From the IMG/VR virus record IMGVR_UViG_2700989171_000001: a stretch of DNA of 22,262 bases; one strand, given 5' to 3'. Of the stretch, positions 15,974 to 22,262 are shown piece by piece (position 1 is the stretch's first letter; the number at the start of each line of letters is the position of its first letter). The translations under genes and the position numbers were made by a program. The notes beneath the pieces were generated by a model that worked only from the letters and a program-made list of their open reading frames with translations, was not told the DNA's origin and made no database searches. Source of the stretch: a virus. Taxonomy: Duplodnaviria; Heunggongvirae; Uroviricota; Caudoviricetes.

Positions 15974-15997
15974 TTTCAATCCAATTGAGACTTTGCC

Positions 15998-16549
15998 ATG
16001 GCACTCACCGACAAACAAGAAATGTTCTGTCGCGAGTACCTCATCGATTTAAACGCCACACAAGCGGCTATTCGGGCGGGGTACAGCGCAAAGACAGCCA
16101 ACCGTACTGCGTCCGAAAACATGTCAAAACCTGACATCAAGTTAAGAATCGCTGAACTGAAAGCGCAACGCAATGATCTTGTTGGTATTAATGCAGAATA
16201 TGTACTTAATCGCCTTCTTGAAATCGACCAGATGGATGTGCTTGACATTCTCCTGCAAAACGGTGAGCTAAAACCCATTAAAGACTGGCCTAAGGTATGG
16301 CGCACAACGCTATCAGGAATGGATGTCGTGGAGATGGTATCCGCAGATAGCGCCGCACTTCTGAAGAAAATCAAATGGCCTGATAAGGTTAAAAACCTTG
16401 AGTTGCTTGGGCGTCATGTTTCTGTTCAGGCGTTTAAAGACAACGTCAAAAATGAAGTGACTGGCGCTGATGGAGGACCAGTCAGAACAGAAATTACCAA
16501 CTTAACGCCGGAGCAGGCTGCAGAGGCGTATAGAAAAATGATGGGCTAA
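15998..16549 (+). CDS. Terminase small subunit (183 aa)
   Basis: [57 protein letters not shown]... is a typical N-terminal HTH DNA-binding domain of phage small terminases (P27/Terminase_2-like); immediately precedes the large subunit. Confidence 0.85.
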   Translation: MALTDKQEMFCREYLIDLNATQAAIRAGYSAKTANRTASENMSKPDIKLRIAELKAQRNDLVGINAEYVLNRLLEIDQMDVLDILLQNGELKPIKDWPKVWRTTLSGMDVVEMVSADSAALLKKIKWPDKVKNLELLGRHVSVQAFKDNVKNEVTGADGGPVRTEITNLTPEQAAEAYRKMMG

Positions 16550-16551
16550 GT

Positions 16552-18174
16552 ATGCCGTTACCATTCCCCTTCGATTTTAAACATCCTGATTACCAGATGG
16601 TTTTTGAATGGCGGATGGAACGCCTACAGCGCATTCGCCAGAATCCTGAAATATTGCCCGTGTTGAAGCAGTTTTACCGAACCAATCCGGCTCAGTTCAT
16701 CATCGACTGGGGCATGACAACGGACCCGCGTAATATTGATTATGGCCTGCCGGTGACCATTCCGTTTTTACTCTTCCCTAAGCAGGAGGAGTGGATCCAC
16801 TGGATTATGGAACGCTGGAGCAATCGGGAGAATGGTATTACCGAAAAATCCCGTGAAATGGGGCTCAGTTGGACCGCGATCGGACTGGCCTGCTCGCTTT
16901 GTCTCTTCAACAAAGAAATGGTTATCGGTTTCGGCTCCCGTAAAGAGGAATACGTCGACAGCACTGGTGACCCGAAAGCATTGTTCTGGAAGGCGCGCAA
17001 GTTCGTGGAAACGCTACCTGTAGAGTTTCGCGGTTCGTGGAGCGAGAAGAAGCACGCGCCATATATGCGTGTTGAGTTTCCTGAAACTGGTGCCGTTATC
17101 AAAGGCGAGGCTGGCGATAATATTGGTCGCGGTGACCGTACCACGCTTTATCTGGTTGATGAGGCTGCATTCCTTCAGCGTCCTCTGCTGATTGATGCGG
17201 CGTTGTCACAAACGACGCGTTGCCGTATTGACCTGAGTTCAGTTAACGGCATGGCGAACCCGTTCGCACAGAAGCGTCATGGCGGGAAGATACCGGTATT
17301 CACATTCCACTGGCGGGATGATCCTCGCAAGGATGAAGAGTGGTATCGCAGGGAATGCGAGAAAATCGATAATCCGGTGGTGGTGGCACAGGAACTTGAT
17401 CTGAACTACAGCGCATCAGCGGAAGGCGTCCTGATTCCATCCGAATGGGTACAGGCTGCCGTTGATGCGCATATCAAACTGGGTATCCAGCCAACAGGCA
17501 AACGACTTGGCGCGATGGATGTCGCCGACGAAGGCAGGGACAAAAATGCCTTTTCCACCCGTCATGGCTTCCTCCTGGAGAATGTGCGGGAATGGTCCGG
17601 TGTGGGCAGCGACATTTATCAGTCCGTCGAGAAGGTCTTCGGCTTTTGCGAACAGGACGATCTTGAAGAGTTTCGCTTTGACGAGGACGGGCTGGGCGCT
17701 GGCGTTCGCGGCGATGCACGCGCTATCAACGAACTGCGTAACGCTGCGCGTCGACCGTCAATACTCGCCACACCGTTTCGAGGTAGTGGCGCGGTATTTG
17801 ATCCGGATGATGAAGCTGTTCGCGGGGACAACGGGCAAGCCGCACGTCTGAACAAGGACTTCTTCGCTAACGCCAAAGCCCAGAGCTGGTGGCGGTTACG
17901 TAAACTTTTCCAGAACACCTACCGTGCCGTGGTTGAGGGCATGGCCTACAACCCGGACGAAATCATCTCAATCAGCAGCGCCATGGCGAGCAAAGACAAA
18001 CTCATCATCGAGCTGTCGCAGCCGACCTACTCCATTAACGGCGTGGGGAAAATCGTTGTTGATAAACAGCCTGACGGCACCAAGTCGCCGAACCTTGCCG
18101 ACTCGGTGATGATCAGCTACGCGCCAATGAATTCAGCCCTGAACATCTGGGAGCTGCTAGGGAGACAGGCCTGA
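16552..18174 (+). CDS. Terminase large subunit (540 aa)
   Basis: Size and position; ATPase region with Walker B-like LYLVDEAAF and C-terminal nuclease-like region; not lambda A-type. Confidence 0.85.
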   Translation: MPLPFPFDFKHPDYQMVFEWRMERLQRIRQNPEILPVLKQFYRTNPAQFIIDWGMTTDPRNIDYGLPVTIPFLLFPKQEEWIHWIMERWSNRENGITEKSREMGLSWTAIGLACSLCLFNKEMVIGFGSRKEEYVDSTGDPKALFWKARKFVETLPVEFRGSWSEKKHAPYMRVEFPETGAVIKGEAGDNIGRGDRTTLYLVDEAAFLQRPLLIDAALSQTTRCRIDLSSVNGMANPFAQKRHGGKIPVFTFHWRDDPRKDEEWYRRECEKIDNPVVVAQELDLNYSASAEGVLIPSEWVQAAVDAHIKLGIQPTGKRLGAMDVADEGRDKNAFSTRHGFLLENVREWSGVGSDIYQSVEKVFGFCEQDDLEEFRFDEDGLGAGVRGDARAINELRNAARRPSILATPFRGSGAVFDPDDEAVRGDNGQAARLNKDFFANAKAQSWWRLRKLFQNTYRAVVEGMAYNPDEIISISSAMASKDKLIIELSQPTYSINGVGKIVVDKQPDGTKSPNLADSVMISYAPMNSALNIWELLGRQA

Positions 18175-19643
18175 TGGCACGAAACAAGCAAGCCTCTCAG
18201 CGAACGGCACAGGCCACCGCTGATGGCTATGAGAACTTTGTCGCCCGCGTGGGGATGCAGACGCCTAACCAGCACTCAGCATCGACCTACCGGGCTAACT
18301 TCACCAGCCGCAACCGCATGCTGGTGGAATGGTCCTATCGTTCGTCCTGGATCATCGGCGAAGCGGTCGACGCTATCCCGGACGATATGACCCGGAAAGG
18401 CATTCGCATCACTTCGGAGATTGACGCCAAAGACCGTGGCACCCTGGAAGCGCAGCTGGATGAGTTGCAGATCTGGGATGCGCTGAACGACGTGCTGAAA
18501 TGGTCGCGTCTCTACGGCGGCGCGGTTGGCTTCATCATGATTGAGGGGCAGGCACCAATGACCCCGTTGCGGCTCGAAACCATTGGAGAAGGCAAGTTTA
18601 AGGGCATTCTCCCGCTCGACCGCTGGATGATTAACCCGGTGCTGACCCGCCGCATTAAAGAGATGGGGCCGGACCTGGGTAAACCTGAGTTTTACGACGT
18701 GGTGACCACTGCAACGGGCATCCCGGCCTGGCGCATCCATCACAGCCGCCTGATTCGCTTCGACGGGGTGACGCTGCCATTCCAGCAGAAGATGACCGAA
18801 AACGAATGGGGAATGTCGGTTGTAGAGCGTATCTGGGATCGTCTTACCGCGTTCGACAGCGCTACTGTCGGCGCGGCGCAGCTGGTCTACAAGGCGCATT
18901 TGCGTACCTACAGCGTGGAGAAGCTACGCGAGCTTATCGCACTTGGTGGTCCTGCGTATGAAGCGTTGCTGAAGAATATCGACCTGATTCGACAGTTCCA
19001 GAGCAATGAAGGCATGACGCTCATGGACTCGCGGGATAAGTTTGAAACGCATCAGTACAGCTTCAGTGGTCTGGATGACATCCTATCGCAGTTTGCAGAA
19101 CAGATTAGTGGCGCTGTTGGTATTCCACTGGTGCGGTTGTTCGGACAGTCCCCGAAAGGATTTTCTACCGGTGATGCAGATCTTGCCAACTATTACGACC
19201 GCATCAGTTCGTTGCAGGAGAGGCGTTTACGTCTTCCGGTGCGTCGGATACTGGACATCATGCATCGTTCGGAACTTGGCAAGCCGCTCCCGGATGATTT
19301 CACGTTTGAGTTTAACCCGCTCTGGCAAATGTCTGATGTCGATCGCTCAACGGTGGCGTTAAACACCACCAACGCAATCAGTACGGCGCTGGGCGACGGA
19401 TTGATGACGCGTAAGGCGGCAATGACCGACCTGCGCGAAAACTCTGACGTCACCGGCATCGGGGCATCCATTACCGACGAGGACATAGAGAATGCCGAAG
19501 ACGAAGCGCCGCCAGGCATCGGCGAACTTGGCGACAACCCGCCAGAGTCGCCAGGCGGAGATCCGATATCGAACGAGCCTACGGCAGATAGCGCGGGCGG
19601 TCGGGGATATCGTAAATGGGCGCTACGATGGTTCAAACGATAG
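18174..19643 (+). CDS. Portal protein (489 aa)
   Basis: ATG overlaps the terminase stop (TGATG); size and position after the large terminase; acidic C-terminal tail. Confidence 0.8.
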   Translation: MARNKQASQRTAQATADGYENFVARVGMQTPNQHSASTYRANFTSRNRMLVEWSYRSSWIIGEAVDAIPDDMTRKGIRITSEIDAKDRGTLEAQLDELQIWDALNDVLKWSRLYGGAVGFIMIEGQAPMTPLRLETIGEGKFKGILPLDRWMINPVLTRRIKEMGPDLGKPEFYDVVTTATGIPAWRIHHSRLIRFDGVTLPFQQKMTENEWGMSVVERIWDRLTAFDSATVGAAQLVYKAHLRTYSVEKLRELIALGGPAYEALLKNIDLIRQFQSNEGMTLMDSRDKFETHQYSFSGLDDILSQFAEQISGAVGIPLVRLFGQSPKGFSTGDADLANYYDRISSLQERRLRLPVRRILDIMHRSELGKPLPDDFTFEFNPLWQMSDVDRSTVALNTTNAISTALGDGLMTRKAAMTDLRENSDVTGIGASITDEDIENAEDEAPPGIGELGDNPPESPGGDPISNEPTADSAGGRGYRKWALRWFKR

Positions 19644-20265
19644 CGTCACCGAAATCATGGATGCGCTGGAGCGCTACAGCGAAATCATCACCCCCTGGGC
19701 GACGAAGGTTGCTGAGAACTTTACCGCCGACATTGCGCGCCAGAATGAAAAGCAGTGGCGTCAGCACAGCCGGAACATCAGTGCAGAGCTGCGCAACATG
19801 GTTGACCGCGCCCCGGTAGGCCAGGTGATGAAATCCATCGTTGCCGAGCAGATTAAGTACATCAAATCGCTACCTCTTGAGGCCGCCGATCGGGTGTATG
19901 ACATTCAGAACAAAGCCATCGAGGCCGTTGTGACTGGTGGCCGCGCTGAGCCATTCGCGAAAGAGATAGCTGCGTCCGGTGACGTGTCACGCTCACGAGC
20001 GAACCTTATCGCCCGTACCGAGCTTGGACGCGCAACCGGCGCGCTCGATCAGGCGCGTGCGCTGTCAATCGGCTCGAATGGTTATATCTGGCGTACAGCC
20101 GAAGATGGCGACGTCCGGCATTCTCATCGGGAGATGGAAGGTAAGTTTGTCGAATGGGGCCGACCTCCAACGCTTGACGGTATGACCGGTCACGCTGGTG
20201 AGCTGCCGAACTGCCGCTGTTACAAAGAAATCGTCTTCCCCAACCCTCATTCTTATCTCGCCTGA
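19492..20265 (+). CDS. Head morphogenesis protein, Mu F / SPP1 gp7-like (257 aa; start uncertain)
   Basis: Position after portal; the longest ORF overlaps the portal 3' end by about 150 nt in another frame (GAGG RBS before ATG 19492); alternative start at an internal Met (about 19654). Confidence 0.65.
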   Translation: MPKTKRRQASANLATTRQSRQAEIRYRTSLRQIARAVGDIVNGRYDGSNDSVTEIMDALERYSEIITPWATKVAENFTADIARQNEKQWRQHSRNISAELRNMVDRAPVGQVMKSIVAEQIKYIKSLPLEAADRVYDIQNKAIEAVVTGGRAEPFAKEIAASGDVSRSRANLIARTELGRATGALDQARALSIGSNGYIWRTAEDGDVRHSHREMEGKFVEWGRPPTLDGMTGHAGELPNCRCYKEIVFPNPHSYLA

Positions 20266-20279
20266 ATCGCAGGTAAACC

Positions 20280-21500
20280 ATGAAATATTTTTTCAATACC
20301 CGGCTGGGGGAAACCCGCTATCAGCTGGCTGACGGCTCGCTGCTGTGCAAAGACGTGCCGATAGGTCGAACGGGTAAGCAGCTCTACGGCGCTGCCGATC
20401 TGCCAAACCTCAAACCCGACAAGCTCGGTGAGATAGTCGTAACGCGTTCTCCTGAGCAGGTATTCCATCCGGCCACGCTCGCCTCATTCGAAGGGATGAG
20501 CATCACGATCCTGCATCCTGAAGATGAAAACGGGAATGTGCGGCTGGTAAATCCCGAGAACTGGAAAGTGCTTGCTGTCGGGCACCTCCAGAATGTCCGG
20601 CGCGGGACGGGTGAGCAGTCTGATTTGATGCTGGCTGACCTTATCGTCAAAGACGAAAGCGCCATTCAGCTTATCGAAGATGGCCTGCGCGAAGTGTCGT
20701 GCGGCTATGACGCGGAGTACGAGCAGACCGAGCCAGGTAAAGCCGAGCAGGTCGATATTACCGGAAACCATGTGGCTCTTGTCCCTAAAGGCAGAGCCGG
20801 AAATCGTTGTGCAATTGGAGACAGAGACACAATGGCAAATCAAAAGAAAAGCTGGTGGACCCGCATGCGCACGGCCATCAAAACGGGTGACGCTGACACC
20901 ATGAACGAACTGGTGGAGTCGGCTCCCGCATCGGTTACAGGAGATGAGGGGGATTTGCCGCAGGGCGTTAATCTCAACATCAACCTGTCCCCGCAGCAAC
21001 CGCTACCGGACAAAGCACCAGAGATGGGCGGAGGTCCAACCGGCGACAGTGGTGATGACCTCAAAACATTACTGAAAGCCCTGCTGGCTAAGCTGGAAGG
21101 AAATGCGACGGGCGATAACGACAATAAGCCTGACGATAATCCGACCGGTGACGGCGAGGACGATGAAGAGGAAACCACGATTACTGGTGACTCAGCCTGG
21201 CGTGCCGAAGTTATCGTTCCGGGTATCGATCTGAGCCGTAAGATGAAACCGACCGCGTTCAAACGCGAGGTTCTGGCTTCCGCTGACAAAACGCTGGTTC
21301 GCCAGATAGTCGGTGATGCGGATATCCGCAAATTACCGAAACAATCGGTCGACATGGCGTTTAATGCCGTGTCTGAGATTGCCAAAGGGCAAAACACCCG
21401 CGCCACCACCGGCGATGCACAGCGCCCAAACATGGGCATGACCAGTATCGCTTCCCTGAACAAACAAAACGCTGAATTCTGGGCAAACCGTAAAGGGTAA
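20280..21500 (+). CDS. Putative head scaffolding / prohead maturation protein (406 aa)
   Basis: Position between Mu-F-like gene and capsid genes; acidic low-complexity central region (GDEGDLPQ...GDNDNKPDDNPTGDGEDDEEETT) typical of scaffold proteins; globular N-terminal domain. Confidence 0.45.
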   Translation: MKYFFNTRLGETRYQLADGSLLCKDVPIGRTGKQLYGAADLPNLKPDKLGEIVVTRSPEQVFHPATLASFEGMSITILHPEDENGNVRLVNPENWKVLAVGHLQNVRRGTGEQSDLMLADLIVKDESAIQLIEDGLREVSCGYDAEYEQTEPGKAEQVDITGNHVALVPKGRAGNRCAIGDRDTMANQKKSWWTRMRTAIKTGDADTMNELVESAPASVTGDEGDLPQGVNLNINLSPQQPLPDKAPEMGGGPTGDSGDDLKTLLKALLAKLEGNATGDNDNKPDDNPTGDGEDDEEETTITGDSAWRAEVIVPGIDLSRKMKPTAFKREVLASADKTLVRQIVGDADIRKLPKQSVDMAFNAVSEIAKGQNTRATTGDAQRPNMGMTSIASLNKQNAEFWANRKG

Positions 21501-21503
21501 AAA

Positions 21504-22050
21504 ATGAATAATGTATTTCTGTACCGGATGCCTGTTGGCATTGCCGGGGCTGTTTCTCGCCCGCAGGACTTAACCGTCGAACCGGTGGTCCTTAAATCCG
21601 ATAACGCCTTTGCTGCCTATGGCCTGGCTGGTAAATACGATGATGACGGTTTTTTCGTGCCGCTGGCAGATGGTGATACCGCAGACAAGGTGAAGGGGAT
21701 CTACGTGCGCCCTTATCCGACCACTTCGCAGCCGGACATGGTTCGCCAGGTGGGGAGTGGCAAGAACTTCCCGGGCGACGCCATGAAGCGTGGCTACGTG
21801 ACCGTTAATCTCGGTTCTNNNNNNNNNNNNNNNNNNNNNNNNNNNNNNNNNNNNNNNNNNNNNNNNNNNNNNNNNCATCAAAAAAGGCGACCCGGTATAC
21901 GTTGTCGTCTCCACTGATGAATCCATCAAAGTGCCGCTGGGTGGATTCATGTCCACGTCAGTCAGTGGCAAAAACGTGGTGCTGACCAACGCTGAATTCA
22001 CAGGTGCCGGTGATGCTGACGGCAATGCAGAAATTTCCTGGAAGATTTAA
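21504..22050 (+). CDS. Putative head protein (decoration/structural), interrupted by an assembly gap
   Basis: Coding continues on both sides of the N-run but in different frames (after the gap frame 21877: IKKGDPVYVVVSTDESIKVPLGGFMSTSVSGKNVVLTNAEFTGAGDADGNAEISWKI), so the 57 N are a placeholder of unknown true length. Confidence 0.5.
21819..21875. other. Assembly gap (57 N)
   Basis: Run of n characters in the sequence. Confidence 1.
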
Positions 22051-22061
22051 GGAACAGACGA

Positions 22062-22262
22062 ATGATTACTTTTGATCAGGCAACCGTTGACAGCTCTGGT
22101 GCCTTTCTCATCGGGGAGCTGGAGCGACTCGACCAGACGCTGAACCTGCCACTGGTGGGGTACACCTGGACCCGCGATATTCAGTTGCGTGAAGATGTCT
22201 CTATCGCAGATGACATTTCCAGCTGGACGAATACCAGCTTCGCCGCTGCGGGTACTGGTGCA
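22062..22262 (+). CDS. Putative major capsid protein, N-terminal fragment (runs off window end)
   Basis: ATG at 22062 after GGAACAGACG; MITFDQATVDSSGAFLIGELERLDQTLNLPLVGYTWTRDIQL...; position after the scaffold-like and decoration-like genes. Confidence 0.45.
   Translation, partial: MITFDQATVDSSGAFLIGELERLDQTLNLPLVGYTWTRDIQLREDVSIADDISSWTNTSFAAAGTGA

Noticed and set aside
15998-16100. Lambda-type cos site upstream of the terminase
   Set aside because: No lambda cosN/cosB-like sequence recognised, and the terminase is not Nu1/A-type; packaging is more likely headful, so no cos feature is called.
15976-16374. Minus-strand 132-aa ORF antisense to the small terminase
   Set aside because: Entirely inside the small terminase gene; Ser/Arg-rich antisense-type translation; no RBS.
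16740-19636. Several minus-strand ORFs (16740..17144, 17474..17719, 17619..17918, 18276..18899, 19193..19636) inside terminase and portal genes
   Set aside because: All are antisense to long, well-supported plus-strand structural genes and have Arg/Ser/Pro-rich compositions typical of antisense frames in GC-rich coding DNA.
20840-21541. Minus-strand 233-aa ORF antisense to the scaffold-like gene
   Set aside because: Ser/Pro-rich low-complexity translation mirroring the acidic scaffold region; no independent start signals.

Overview
This window is a mosaic lambdoid prophage read from the integration module to the start of the head module. Calls rest on reading the ORF translations and recognising conserved phage proteins from memory; no database search was run. 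In order: a P22-type int (partial, minus strand) and xis; a leftward early operon with small exo-xis-region genes, a 250-aa unknown protein, and a lambda-like exo-bet-gam-kil-cIII-ea10-ral block; sieB on the opposite strand; an N antiterminator with nutL; a P22-type immunity region (c2, operators, cro, nutR, c1); lambda-type O (with ori iterons) and P, ren; a nin region carrying a Dam-like adenine methyltransferase; a Q antiterminator; two tRNA-like genes; a phage-21-type lysis cassette (pinholin S, SAR endolysin R, overlapped Rz/Rz1); then small and large terminase, portal, Mu-F-like head protein, scaffold-like protein and the start of a capsid gene. An assembly gap (57 N) interrupts one head gene. 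The best candidate for an undescribed system is an AT-rich moron between Rz/Rz1 and the small terminase (about 14440..15990): a 266-aa, apparently cytoplasmic trypsin-fold serine protease flanked by terminator hairpins, followed by a 41-aa ORF and a divergent 90-aa membrane protein. I propose it as a possible prophage defense or exclusion locus; this is a hypothesis only.
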